Shown one piece after another: positions 22,026 to 34,254 of a DNA stretch of 64,000 nucleotides. The DNA is from Alphaproteobacteria bacterium (GTDB taxonomy: Bacteria; Pseudomonadota; Alphaproteobacteria; GCA-2731375): the NCBI GenBank assembly GCA_965232515.1, contig CBDDPY010000002.1, forward strand, positions 2,752,001 through 2,816,000. The letters are read 5' to 3'. Every line of letters begins with the position of its first letter. The stretch's first letter is position 1. Below the pieces are notes generated by a model. The model worked only from the letters and a program-made list of their open reading frames with translations. It was not told the origin of the DNA and made no database searches. A program made the position numbers and the translations under genes.

Positions 22026-22283
22026 CTTGAACCCGTACTGAGCGCTGAGCGTCCCTGCCAATCGGCTTACGCTAGTCGACTATCCCTAGCAAAGCGTAAA
22101 GGCCGGCGAGCGACTGTGACGGCCATCATTGGGGCCGCAACCGAACGGACCAATCGATTGCGCCCGAGAGGCATGATAAGATCTGCCGCTGATGGGCGGG
22201 CCGGCCATGCAGGTCGGCGGCGTTTCGCGGTCGGCGGGACGGCAGGATGTGCCGGCAAACGAGCAGCGGGCGATTGAGTGGGA

Positions 22284-23180
22284 ATGAGGGCGCGAAAAGA
22301 TATCTCGAGCGATGAGGCGACACCACCGTTCGACGTTCTGTCGCCGGCCGAGATCACCTCACCGGTGCTGTATGCATCCCCCCACAGCGGGACGGTCTAT
22401 CCGGATTCCTTCGTCCGGGCCTCAGCGCTGGATGCCCGGACCCTGCGCCGGTCCGAGGACAGCTTCGTCGATGACCTGTTCGGCGCCGCGCCCAGCTACG
22501 GCTCGCCGCTGCTGCGGGCGCTCTATGCCCGGGTCTACCTCGACGTCAACCGCGAGCCGTTCGAGCTGGACCCGGCCATGTTCGAGGACGAGCTGCCACC
22601 GCATATCAACACGACCTCGCTCAGGGTCGCGGGCGGTCTGGGCACCATCGCCCGGGTCGTCGCCGACGGCGCCGAGGTGTATCGCGACAAGCTGCCCTAC
22701 GCCGAGGCGGAGCGCCGGGTCCGCAAGATCTACTACCCCTACCACCGGGCCCTGCAGGACCTGATCGAGCGCACCCGCGAGCTGTTCGGCTGCGCCATCC
22801 TGATCGATTGCCATTCCATGCCGTCGATGGGAAGCCCCAGCGAGCGCGACGGCGGCCGGCGGCGGCCAGACGTGGTTCTGGGCGATCGTTTCGGGACCAC
22901 CTGCGGCGCTGCCGTCATCGACCTGATCCACAGCACGCTGGCCGGCTTCGGCTATCTGGTCGGCCGCAACAATCCCTATGCCGGCGGCTTCACGACCTAT
23001 CATTACGGTCGGCCGGCGCAGGGCGTGCACGTCGTGCAGATCGAGATCAATCGCGGCATCTATATGGACGAGGAGCATATCGGCAAGCTGCCGGGCTTCG
23101 ACGCGGTGGTCGGCCACGTCACGTCCCTGATCCGCACCCTCGCCGGAATCGATACGAACCCGCTCGCCGCTCTCAGGTAA
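22284..23180 (+). CDS. N-formylglutamate amidohydrolase
   Basis: 'ASPHSG', 'SEDSFVD', 'DVNREP', 'DCHSMP' and 'QIEINR'; divergent from cpdR. Confidence 0.9.
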   Translation: MRARKDISSDEATPPFDVLSPAEITSPVLYASPHSGTVYPDSFVRASALDARTLRRSEDSFVDDLFGAAPSYGSPLLRALYARVYLDVNREPFELDPAMFEDELPPHINTTSLRVAGGLGTIARVVADGAEVYRDKLPYAEAERRVRKIYYPYHRALQDLIERTRELFGCAILIDCHSMPSMGSPSERDGGRRRPDVVLGDRFGTTCGAAVIDLIHSTLAGFGYLVGRNNPYAGGFTTYHYGRPAQGVHVVQIEINRGIYMDEEHIGKLPGFDAVVGHVTSLIRTLAGIDTNPLAALR

Positions 23181-23195
23181 CCGGCCGAACCGCGC

Positions 23196-25820
<2,625 letters not shown>

Positions 25821-25985
25821 GCGCAGTCGTCGCTCAAGCGAACGCCTCCCGACTCCAGTGAGATCGGAAGCGATGAATCATCGGCGGACTTTCGCACAAA
25901 TCTCAAGCAGCGCCAATTCGGGACTTTACGGATCGATCCCAGCGCGATCGGCAGATCGACTAATCCGGTGGTTCCGGCAACAAAC

Positions 25986-26852
25986 TCAGAGCTGGTAGCG
26001 GAGCCCCGCCTGCACGGTGTTCGACTGGATATCGTCGTCCGAGGTGCCGAAATAGCGGTAGTCGAGCGTCAGCGCCAGACCGTCCCAGACCGGATAGGAC
26101 AGGCCGACGATGCCTTGGAAGGCGAACTCGGTGCTGTCGTCGCCCGAGGTGGTCACGCCGCCGACCGTGACCTCGTCGACCTCGGCGAAGGCGACGCCGA
26201 TGCCGGCGCCGATGTACGGCCGGACGAACCATTCGAAGGGAATGTCGTAGTAGCCGTTCAACATGACGGCGATGTTCGTATAGTCACCGTCGGCCTCGGC
26301 CGTGTTGCCGCCGGACTTGGCCTCGTCCAGATCCGCCGACCGATAGGCGAAGGCCAGCTCGGTCCGGATATTGGGCGTCACGTTGGTGCCCACGGCCAGA
26401 TCGGCGACGAAACCGCTGTCGACATCGATGTCGACATCCGTGCCGCCGACCGTCTCCTCCTGGTCCTCCGGCCAATCGAGGCCGCCGCCGGCGGAGACGT
26501 AGATCCCGTCGAACCAGCCGCCGAACCAGCCATCGTCCTGCGCCGGCGCGCCGGCGGCGGGCTGGACCTGCGCGACGTTGGTGGCCAGTGTCTGTGGCGG
26601 CGGGGTGTAGCGCAAAGTCGGCGGCGGCGGCGCCACCTGGACCGGCGGCACGTAGCTCGGCGCGCCGTAGCCGGCCGGCAGCGGGGCGGGCAGGCCCGAC
26701 GCCGGACCGGGAAACGGTCCGGCGTCAAACGGGTGCCGCTCGGCGAAAAAGGCGTTGAAGTCGTAGATACCGCCTCTGGTGCCGGCCTGCGCCGACAGCG
26801 CGGCGGAGATCGACAGGGCCGTCACCAGCCCCAACGAAAATCGACAGATCAT
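25986..26852 (-). CDS. outer-membrane 8-stranded beta-barrel (OmpA/Opa-like) protein with Pro-rich N-terminal extension
   Basis: Signal peptide ending 'AQA'; 'MLNGYYD', 'PYIGAGIG', 'FAFQ..GLSY', 'YRYF' and C-terminal 'GLRYQL'. Confidence 0.82.
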   Translation of the reverse strand: MICRFSLGLVTALSISAALSAQAGTRGGIYDFNAFFAERHPFDAGPFPGPASGLPAPLPAGYGAPSYVPPVQVAPPPPTLRYTPPPQTLATNVAQVQPAAGAPAQDDGWFGGWFDGIYVSAGGGLDWPEDQEETVGGTDVDIDVDSGFVADLAVGTNVTPNIRTELAFAYRSADLDEAKSGGNTAEADGDYTNIAVMLNGYYDIPFEWFVRPYIGAGIGVAFAEVDEVTVGGVTTSGDDSTEFAFQGIVGLSYPVWDGLALTLDYRYFGTSDDDIQSNTVQAGLRYQL

Positions 26853-26942
26853 CCCCCAGCCTCTTCCATACCCTGAGCTCAATGCGGCTCAGCATAGCGT
26901 CAACCGGGGGCGCGGCCAACGTAAAGCGTTGAGGACGTTTGC

Positions 26943-27845
26943 TTAATCGCCGCTCCCCTGGGCTTGGGTTTTCTCCAGGTCGATCAGCGCCCGCTTGCGC
27001 GGGATGCCCCAGCGATAGCCGCCGAGACTGCCGTCGCCGCGGGTCACGCGGTGACAGGGAATGGCGAGCGGCACCGGGTTGGTGGCGCAGGCCCGGGCGA
27101 CGGCCCGCCGCCCCGCCGCCTTGCCGAGTACGATTTCGGCGACATCCGAATAGGTCCGGGTGACGCCCACCGGAATCCGCATCAGTTCCTCCCAGACCCG
27201 GCGCTGGAACGCCGTCGCCTGGACGTCGAGCGGCAGGTCGAGATGCGGCAGCCGGCCGTCGAGGTAGGCGACGGTCTTCTCCAGCCAGTCCGCCAGGATG
27301 TCTTCATCATGATGAACGTCGGCCTCGGGAAACTCGTCATGCAGGTTCTCGACCAGCTCGGCCTCGCTGTCGCCTAGGCAGATAAAACAGACGCCCGTGC
27401 GCGTGGCGGAGACCAGAACATGGCCCAGCGGTGTCGAGGCCACGGCATAGGCAATGGTCGCGCCCTTGCCGCCCTTGGCGTAAGTCGCGGGCGTCATGCC
27501 GAGCTGACCCGGCGCCCGCTCGTAGAGCCGGCTGGACGCGCCGTAACCGGCCTCGTAGAGCGCACCGGTGACGTCGTCGCCCTCCTTCAGGCGTTGCTTC
27601 AACCGCTCCAGCCGCCGGGCGTCACCGTATTGCGCCGGGCTGATGCCCATGATGCGCTTGAAGGTGCGCTGCAGATGATGCGGGCTGCCGCCGACATGGG
27701 CGGCGATCTGCTCCAGCGTGGGCGGACCGCCCTCGCCCTCGTCGATGGTCTGGTCGATGAAGCGCCGCGCGGCCTCGACCCTGTCGATCCGCTGATCGGA
27801 CCCGCGGCTCTGGGCGGCGGCGCGGGGCATGGCTTCGGTCAACAT
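26943..27845 (-). CDS. ada: Ada-like AraC-HTH / methylated-DNA-protein-cysteine methyltransferase lacking the N-terminal Zn domain
   Basis: 'SPHHLQRTFK' HTH, 'TAFQRRVW' and 'IPCHRV' active site; AAGGAG RBS before ATG 27845. Confidence 0.85.
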   Translation of the reverse strand: MLTEAMPRAAAQSRGSDQRIDRVEAARRFIDQTIDEGEGGPPTLEQIAAHVGGSPHHLQRTFKRIMGISPAQYGDARRLERLKQRLKEGDDVTGALYEAGYGASSRLYERAPGQLGMTPATYAKGGKGATIAYAVASTPLGHVLVSATRTGVCFICLGDSEAELVENLHDEFPEADVHHDEDILADWLEKTVAYLDGRLPHLDLPLDVQATAFQRRVWEELMRIPVGVTRTYSDVAEIVLGKAAGRRAVARACATNPVPLAIPCHRVTRGDGSLGGYRWGIPRKRALIDLEKTQAQGSGD

Positions 27846-27990
27846 CTTTGGCTTCTCCTTAGACATCAGCATCTGCCCATCGTTCTACCGCCATACGGTA
27901 AGCCGCCACTATCCGATGCTTGCGCAGCGAAAAATATCATTTTTACAATGGGTTAACCATAATACGCCGCGGCACGGACGGAAATGCGGG

Positions 27991-28656
27991 CTAGGTCGGT
28001 GATTTGAACGCCACGATCGCCTCCGACGTCACCGTCCAGGCCCGCACCAATTCGCGATGGTCGATGGTCCAGCCAGCGGCAACCAGCCGGTCCTTCAGTT
28101 CCAGCGGCCGACAGCCGCCGACCAGCGTCGGCCGCAGCCAGTGCGCGAAGGCCCAGAAGCCGCTGGTGAAGCGTGCGAGACCCGACTGGCCGCGCGATAC
28201 GCTGGCGAGCAGCAGCAGCCCCTCCGGCGTCAGCACGCGGCGGCTCTCGTTCAGAAAGGCGTCGATATCGGCGTCGCTCAATAGATCGAGCACGTAGGTG
28301 CAGATCACGCGATCGACCGATCCGTCCGAAATCGGAAAAACGATCGCCCCGTCGGTTTGCCGGAATTCGACATGCTGCGTCGTGTCCCGCAGCCGGTCGC
28401 GCGCGAGACCGATCATGGTCGCGCTGACGTCCAGGCCGAGGTAGGCGGCGTTCGACGGCAAGTGATGCCGTATCAGCGACTCGGCAAACCGTCCCGTACC
28501 GCAGCCGAATTCCAGTACCGACCAGGCCCGCCGCAATCGGCCGCGATCGGTCAGCACCTTCAGGCCGGCATCCTCATACCAGCCCTCGCCGTCCTGTCGC
28601 TTGCCGAAGCGGTCGTAGTAACGCTGCGCCTCGGTATGGCTCAGCGTGCGGGGCAT
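27991..28656 (-). CDS. class I SAM-dependent methyltransferase
   Basis: 'VLEFGCGTG' and 'GLDVS'; start overlaps the AtuA-family stop. Confidence 0.85.
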   Translation of the reverse strand: MPRTLSHTEAQRYYDRFGKRQDGEGWYEDAGLKVLTDRGRLRRAWSVLEFGCGTGRFAESLIRHHLPSNAAYLGLDVSATMIGLARDRLRDTTQHVEFRQTDGAIVFPISDGSVDRVICTYVLDLLSDADIDAFLNESRRVLTPEGLLLLASVSRGQSGLARFTSGFWAFAHWLRPTLVGGCRPLELKDRLVAAGWTIDHRELVRAWTVTSEAIVAFKSPT

Positions 28657-30449
28657 CAGGCGGCGTCGAGCGTTGCCGCCAGCGCGTGCGGCACCTCGAT
28701 GGGCATGTCCAGCAAGACCTGGGCGTAGGCCTTGGCCAGATTGTCGGTGTGCAGGGAGGCCGTGCCCCCGCCGCCGAGCGTGTCGTGCAGCAGGAAGTTC
28801 ATGGCATGCAGGCCGGGCAGATCGAAACGCTCGACCCTGCCTTCCAGGTTGTGCGCGAAGTAGTCCGCCACGCGCTGTTCCGTCAGCGCCCAGCGCAGCA
28901 GCGGCAAATACTCGGGCCTGCGGGCGATGACACCGATATTGGCATTGTTGCCTTTGTCCCCGCTGCGGCCGTAGGCGAGCCGGACCAGCGGCACCGTGAC
29001 GGTCTCGCCGTTCGGCGCCTCGGCCGGGACCGCCTCGACGGCTTCGCTGGCGCTGGCCGTGAAGCCGCCCGCGGTGCGGACCGCTACCGTTTCCGACGCG
29101 CCGTCGATATCGAGCCGGACTGGCACGTCGGTCTTGTCGATCAGGAAGGAAAACAGCCGCACCACGGGCACTGGCGCCGGCCGGCCGCCGGAAAACCCCG
29201 TCGTGCCCGGCGCCATCGAGGTGCCGGGCGCCGCGTATTCGCGGGCGAAGATCTCCAGCGCCGCCTTCTCGTCGTGCTTCACGGCCATCTTCAGGACGAC
29301 CTCGCGCGGCGGCGTCGGCGTGGCCTGCGCGCCATACATCTCCTCGGCGCCGACGACCTCGATGCGGGTTTCGCTGTAGTCGCCAAGATTGCGGTCGGCG
29401 AACATCTTGCGGGTGCGGGCGACGATGGTCTCGCCGGTGCGCCGGGCCTTGGCCGCCGCGTCGATGCCGCCGATCACCATCAGCGCCTGGCTGCGGTAGC
29501 CGTCGCGGTAGGTGGCGCTGACCTTGTAGGTCGACGTCGGCGGCAGGCCGCGCACGCCGCTGACGCGCACCAGATTGTCACCGATCTCGTTCATCTCGAC
29601 GCCGGTGAAGTCGCAGACGACATCAGGCACCATGTAAGCGCCGGGATCGCCGATCTCGTAAAGCAGCTGCTCGGCGACCGAGCCAAAGCAAATCAGCCCG
29701 TCGGTCCCGGGCGGCTTGGAGATAGTGAAGCTGCCGTCGGCCGAGACCTCGGCGACGGGGTAGCCGATGTTCTCCCAGCTCTCGACCCGCCGCCAGTCGG
29801 TGAACAGGCCGCCCGTGCATTGGGCGCCGCATTCGATGATATGGCCGGCGAGCGTGCCGGCGGCCAGGCGGTCGAAATCGTCGTCGGTCCAACCGAATTC
29901 ATGCATGCAGGCGCCGAGCGTCACGGCGCTATCGACGCAGCGGCCAGTGATGACGATATCGCAGCCCCGGGCCAGCGCCGCGGCGATCGGCCGGGCGCCG
30001 AGATAGGCGTTGACCGACATCACCTGGTCCGGAAAAGCCGCGCCGGCATACATCTCGCGCGTGTCGGCGTCACGGAATTCCGCCTCGCGCGCCAACAGGT
30101 CGTCGCCCAGCACGACGCCGATCTTGACCTCGATGCCGGCCTCCTCGGCCACCCGCAGCAGCGCGTCGCGGCAGGCCAGGGGATTGGTGCCGCCCGCGTT
30201 GGAGATCACCTTGATGCCGCGTTCGACGATGTCGCGCAGCAGCGCCTTCATGGTCACCGAGACGAAATCCGTGGCATAGCCGAGCTCGGCCGACTTGGCC
30301 CGCTGTCGCGCCAGGATCGACATGGTGACCTCGGCCAGATAGTCGAACACCAGATAATCGATCCCGCCGCCATAGACCAATTGCGGCGCGGCGATGGAGG
30401 TGTCGCCCCAGAACGCGCTGGCGCCGCCGATGCGTATGGATTTCGTCAT
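28656..30449 (-). CDS. acyclic terpene utilization AtuA family protein (DUF1446)
   Basis: 'IRIGGASAFWGD', 'DYLAEVTM', 'GHIIECGAQCTGG' and 'RSGDKGN'. Confidence 0.9.
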   Translation of the reverse strand: MTKSIRIGGASAFWGDTSIAAPQLVYGGGIDYLVFDYLAEVTMSILARQRAKSAELGYATDFVSVTMKALLRDIVERGIKVISNAGGTNPLACRDALLRVAEEAGIEVKIGVVLGDDLLAREAEFRDADTREMYAGAAFPDQVMSVNAYLGARPIAAALARGCDIVITGRCVDSAVTLGACMHEFGWTDDDFDRLAAGTLAGHIIECGAQCTGGLFTDWRRVESWENIGYPVAEVSADGSFTISKPPGTDGLICFGSVAEQLLYEIGDPGAYMVPDVVCDFTGVEMNEIGDNLVRVSGVRGLPPTSTYKVSATYRDGYRSQALMVIGGIDAAAKARRTGETIVARTRKMFADRNLGDYSETRIEVVGAEEMYGAQATPTPPREVVLKMAVKHDEKAALEIFAREYAAPGTSMAPGTTGFSGGRPAPVPVVRLFSFLIDKTDVPVRLDIDGASETVAVRTAGGFTASASEAVEAVPAEAPNGETVTVPLVRLAYGRSGDKGNNANIGVIARRPEYLPLLRWALTEQRVADYFAHNLEGRVERFDLPGLHAMNFLLHDTLGGGGTASLHTDNLAKAYAQVLLDMPIEVPHALAATLDAA

Positions 30450-30501
30450 GACCCAATAATCCGTTGCCTGTCGACGTCGGCAACATAATCCGCGACCGAC
30501 G

Positions 30502-31779
30502 TCAGTCAAACAATTGCGGCAGCCAGAGGACGAAGGCGGGCCAGACCGAGACCACGACGATCACGAACAGGTGGCTGAGATAGAACGGCAGCGCGGCGAC
30601 GATCGCGCGTTCATAGGATACGCCGGCGATCTGCGCCGCCGTCATCAAGGTCATGCCCACGGGCGGCGTGATGTTGGCGACGTTCAACGTCAGGATCATG
30701 ACGATGGCGAAATGCAGCGGATCGAAGCCCAGCTGAAGCATTGCCGGCACCAGCACCGGGGCCACCACGACAAGCGCCGGCAGAACGTCCAGCACCGTGC
30801 CGATCAGGATCAACAGCAGATTGACCAGCATAATCTGGACGATGGGATCGCCGCTGGCGGTGGCGATCAACTCGGCCGCGTCGCGGGCGATGCCGGACCG
30901 GGTGACGAACCAGCCGAGCACGGTGGACGTCGCCAGCAGAAAGAACACAACGCCGCTGAACCGCACGGTGGTGATCAGCGCCTGCAGAATCTTGGCCGGC
31001 GTCAGCTGGCGATAGACCAGGAAGCCGATGCCGACGGTATAGACGGCGGCGAAGGCGGAGGCTTCGGTGATCGTGGTCAGACCGCTCAGGATGCCGCCCA
31101 GAATGATGACCGGCACCAGCAGCGCCGGCACGGTGCTGAGGAACGCCCGCAGCGCCACGGCGAGGCTGGCGCCGCCATGTTTGGGATAGCCGCGCCGCCA
31201 GGCGATGATGCCGCTGACCACAAGCAAAGCCGCCGCCATCAGCAGGCCCGGCAGGATGCCGGCCGCGAACAGGTCGATCACGGAGATGTCGCGCAGGATC
31301 GAAGCGTAGACCACCATCACCACGCTGGGCGGGATGATCGGTCCGATGATCGACGAGCAGGCCGTGACCGCGGCGCTGTAGTCGGCGTCGTAGCCTTCGT
31401 CCTTCATGGCCGGAATCAGGACCTTGCCGATGGCCACGGTGTCGGTGATCGCCGCCCCCGTGAGGCCGGCGAAAAACACACTGACCGTGATGTTGACGTG
31501 GCTGAGCGCACCGCGGACGCGGCCCAGCATGGCGTTGTTGAAGGTGATCAGCCGCTCGGTCAGGCCGGCATAGTTCATCAGCTCGGCGGTGAAGATGAAA
31601 TAGGGCACGGCCATCAGCACATAGCCGGCGACGCCGGAAAACATCCGGTCGGCGATGATGCTGAGAAAGTCGACGCCGCCGAGCGACGCCGCGCCGGCAA
31701 GCCCCGACATCGCCATCACCAGCGCGACGGGCGCGCCGATGACCAGCAGCACGACGAAGACCAGCAGCGCCGCCGTCAT
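30502..31779 (-). CDS. dctM: TRAP transporter large permease
   Basis: Highly hydrophobic; 'GPIIPPS' and 'ITPPVG'. Confidence 0.93.
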   Translation of the reverse strand: MTAALLVFVVLLVIGAPVALVMAMSGLAGAASLGGVDFLSIIADRMFSGVAGYVLMAVPYFIFTAELMNYAGLTERLITFNNAMLGRVRGALSHVNITVSVFFAGLTGAAITDTVAIGKVLIPAMKDEGYDADYSAAVTACSSIIGPIIPPSVVMVVYASILRDISVIDLFAAGILPGLLMAAALLVVSGIIAWRRGYPKHGGASLAVALRAFLSTVPALLVPVIILGGILSGLTTITEASAFAAVYTVGIGFLVYRQLTPAKILQALITTVRFSGVVFFLLATSTVLGWFVTRSGIARDAAELIATASGDPIVQIMLVNLLLILIGTVLDVLPALVVVAPVLVPAMLQLGFDPLHFAIVMILTLNVANITPPVGMTLMTAAQIAGVSYERAIVAALPFYLSHLFVIVVVSVWPAFVLWLPQLFD

Positions 31780-32282
31780 CGCGCGTCTCCGCTATCGGCG
31801 ATGCGGGGGCTCAGCAGATCGATACCGCTGACAAGATGGATCAAAAGGATCAGGCCCGTCACCGGCACGCAGGCGACGACCCAGCGGTGATGCACCTGCA
31901 GCTGGTCCGAGACCATGTAGTACTGCGTCGAGTTGACGACGAAGTCCCAGCCGAACCAGACCAGCAGCAGGCTGAACAGCGCCAGCACGGCCAGTACGAT
32001 GTAGCGCAGTCCGGCCGCCAGCGCCGCCGGCAACCGTTCAAGCAGCACCGCCATGGCGACATGCTCGCCGCTCTTGAAGGCGACGGTGATGCTGAGCATA
32101 CCGATCCAGGGGATGAACAGACGCGCCAGCGAATAGGTCCAGCTGAGCGCCGCGCCGGTCACCACCATGTAGAAAAAGCCGATGAACGAGATCGACAGCA
32201 TCGCCAGGACGAAGGCGACGCAAACGGCAATGACGCCGCGGTTCAACCCATCGCTGACGGCGCGGGCACGACTGGACAACAT
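31776..32282 (-). CDS. dctQ: TRAP transporter small permease
   Basis: Four TM segments, 'W...LAR' and 'EHV'; lies between dctP and dctM. Confidence 0.88.
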   Translation of the reverse strand: MLSSRARAVSDGLNRGVIAVCVAFVLAMLSISFIGFFYMVVTGAALSWTYSLARLFIPWIGMLSITVAFKSGEHVAMAVLLERLPAALAAGLRYIVLAVLALFSLLLVWFGWDFVVNSTQYYMVSDQLQVHHRWVVACVPVTGLILLIHLVSGIDLLSPRIADSGDAR

Positions 32283-32310
32283 CTCTAAGGGCAGGTTCCG
32301 GCGGTTCGCC

Positions 32311-32352
32311 TCGGACGCCGGGCCGTACGAACGATTGCGGCCCGGCGTCCGA
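32311..32352 (-). other. intercistronic stem-loop between dctP and dctQ
   Basis: TCGGACGCCGGGCCG...CGGCCCGGCGTCCGA 15-bp inverted repeat; typical position for differential mRNA stabilisation of the binding-protein gene. Confidence 0.6.
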
Positions 32353-32357
32353 AGGGT

Positions 32358-33476
32358 CTAGTTGCTGCCGTAACGAGCCATGTTCATTTTGTCGACCTCG
32401 GCGCTGATGCCGTCGACCTCGGCCCACAAGTCATCGACCAGCTTGCCGTCGATGCCGAAGTCCGTGGTGATCCATTGCTTCCAGGCCGGGCGGGCCAGCG
32501 CCGCCATCTTCTCCTTCTCGGCCGCGGCGAGGATGTGGCATTCCTTGAATTCCTTGCAGGACGCGTTCCAGCCCTGAACCGCGGCGAGCGCGGCGATACC
32601 GTGCGAGATCTGCACCGCCTCGCGGGCCGAATTGACAATCACCTGCTGGTAGTTCTCGGGCAGCGACTGATACCAGTTCTCGCTGACCATCCAGGAGATC
32701 GAATTGTAAACGTGGCCGCTCCAGGTGGTGTAGTCGTTGACCTCCCAAAGCTTGAAGGCGCGGCTGACGCCGGGCGCGTTGAACTGACCGTCGGCAAGAC
32801 CGGTGCCAAGCGCGGTGACCACTTCGCCCCAGGGTAACGGCGTCGCCGAGGCGCCGAGCGCCTTCATGGTGGCGACATGGGCCGGGTTCTCCTCGACGCG
32901 GATCTTCAATCCCTTGATGTCGTCGACGGTCTTGATCAGCCGCTTGTTGTTCGTGAACGCGACGAAGCCGCCGCCGTCATCGAAGGTGCCGAGAAAGCGC
33001 AGCTTGCTGGAGGCGATGGCGCCCTTCATGAACTCGGCGTGCCAGGGGCCGTCGAAATAGGCCCGGGCCACGGCGTAGTTCGGAAACAGGAACGGCGTCG
33101 TGATGATCTGGTACTCGCGATAGAAGGACGACATGGCGCCGGACGACATCACGGCCGACTGCAGGGTCTTACCGACCTGCGCCTCCTTGCCGTTCTCGAC
33201 CTCGGAGCCGAGCGCGCCGCCGCCGAATATCTGCACATCGATGTCGCCGTCGGTCGCGGCCTCGACCAGCGCTTCGAAATGCACCAGCGCCGGATGAACC
33301 TCGTTGTTGGTCAGATCTTCCGGCAGCAGGTGCGCGATGACCATCTTGTATTCGGCGGCCTGCGCCGCCGGTACGGCGGGCCCGACCGTCAGCATCGCCG
33401 TCAAACCAAGGCCGATCGCGACCGCCGTCGCGCGAACGCCTTTGCGTGTCACTTGTCTGTCGAACGCCAACGTCAT
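32358..33476 (-). CDS. dctP: TRAP transporter substrate-binding protein
   Basis: Signal peptide; 'GGALGSE', 'IKGLKIRV', 'GASATPLPWGEV' and 'DGQFN'. Confidence 0.92.
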   Translation of the reverse strand: MTLAFDRQVTRKGVRATAVAIGLGLTAMLTVGPAVPAAQAAEYKMVIAHLLPEDLTNNEVHPALVHFEALVEAATDGDIDVQIFGGGALGSEVENGKEAQVGKTLQSAVMSSGAMSSFYREYQIITTPFLFPNYAVARAYFDGPWHAEFMKGAIASSKLRFLGTFDDGGGFVAFTNNKRLIKTVDDIKGLKIRVEENPAHVATMKALGASATPLPWGEVVTALGTGLADGQFNAPGVSRAFKLWEVNDYTTWSGHVYNSISWMVSENWYQSLPENYQQVIVNSAREAVQISHGIAALAAVQGWNASCKEFKECHILAAAEKEKMAALARPAWKQWITTDFGIDGKLVDDLWAEVDGISAEVDKMNMARYGSN

Positions 33477-33510
33477 AACGACCTCCCAACCCGTTCAGTT
33501 TTTCCAATAA

Positions 33511-33566
33511 AATTCGATTTATCTGATGAAAGTATGCGCAAGGCGGCCCTCGCGGTAAATCGAATT
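33511..33566. promoter_or_regulatory. inverted 11-bp repeat upstream of dctP (possible operator pair)
   Basis: AATTCGATTTA (33511-33521) and TAAATCGAATT (33556-33566). Confidence 0.4.
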
Positions 33567-33606
33567 CGTTGCCGCGGTCCGACGTCGGCGTGTCGCCGGC
33601 GGTTTC

Positions 33607-34200
33607 CTAGTGCAGCAAACGCCGCAAGGTCTGCTGATCCGGCGCGCCCGTGGCGGTCAGCGAATTGTCCCGCTGGAAGCTCTGCAACGCGGCCTTGGTG
33701 GCAGGGCCGAAGGCGCCGTCGACGCTGCCCTGATAGTAGTTTCGTTCTTTCAGCGCCTGTTGCGTGCGCCGCAGGGTCTCGGCGTAGAGGTAGGTTCTGC
33801 CCTGCTCGCCCGGCAGCTCGAGCAGCTTCGAGCGGACGGCGATGCGCTCGTCTTTCAGCTTGCCGACCAGCGCCACCACCACATCGGCGAACCGGTCATC
33901 AGGGTTGTTGCTGCAGTGACTGCCGATCATTCTGGCCAAGAGGTCCGGGCTCTCGAAGGACAGCACGTCGAACGTGTCCGGTGAGAGGTGGTTGTAGGCC
34001 GAGACATAGCCCTCCAGCCACCCGCCGAACTGATAGAGCCGGTTCGTGCCGTTCTTGGCGGCATCGACGAACTGCGCGCAGTTCAATCGTCCGATGCCTT
34101 TCAGGGCGAAGGCGCCGTCCTTGTCGGCGGCGGACGCTATGGGCATCGCCAGCCAAAGAAACGCGGTTGCAAGGATCAATCTATGCGCGGTGGCGATCAT
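33607..34200 (-). CDS. periplasmic protein: two-Cys helical (HdeA/Rap1a-like) domain plus C-terminal peptidoglycan-binding domain
   Basis: Signal peptide ending 'ASA'; 'CAQF...GWLEGYVSAYN...CSNNP'; PG_binding_1 'QQALKERNYYQGSVDGAFGPATKAALQSFQ'. GGAGAG RBS before ATG 34200. Confidence 0.75.
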   Translation of the reverse strand: MIATAHRLILATAFLWLAMPIASAADKDGAFALKGIGRLNCAQFVDAAKNGTNRLYQFGGWLEGYVSAYNHLSPDTFDVLSFESPDLLARMIGSHCSNNPDDRFADVVVALVGKLKDERIAVRSKLLELPGEQGRTYLYAETLRRTQQALKERNYYQGSVDGAFGPATKAALQSFQRDNSLTATGAPDQQTLRRLLH

Positions 34201-34254
34201 CTCTCCACGAAGCTCCCGAATTGTCATTCTTCCCGCACGGCCCGGCGCCGGTGG

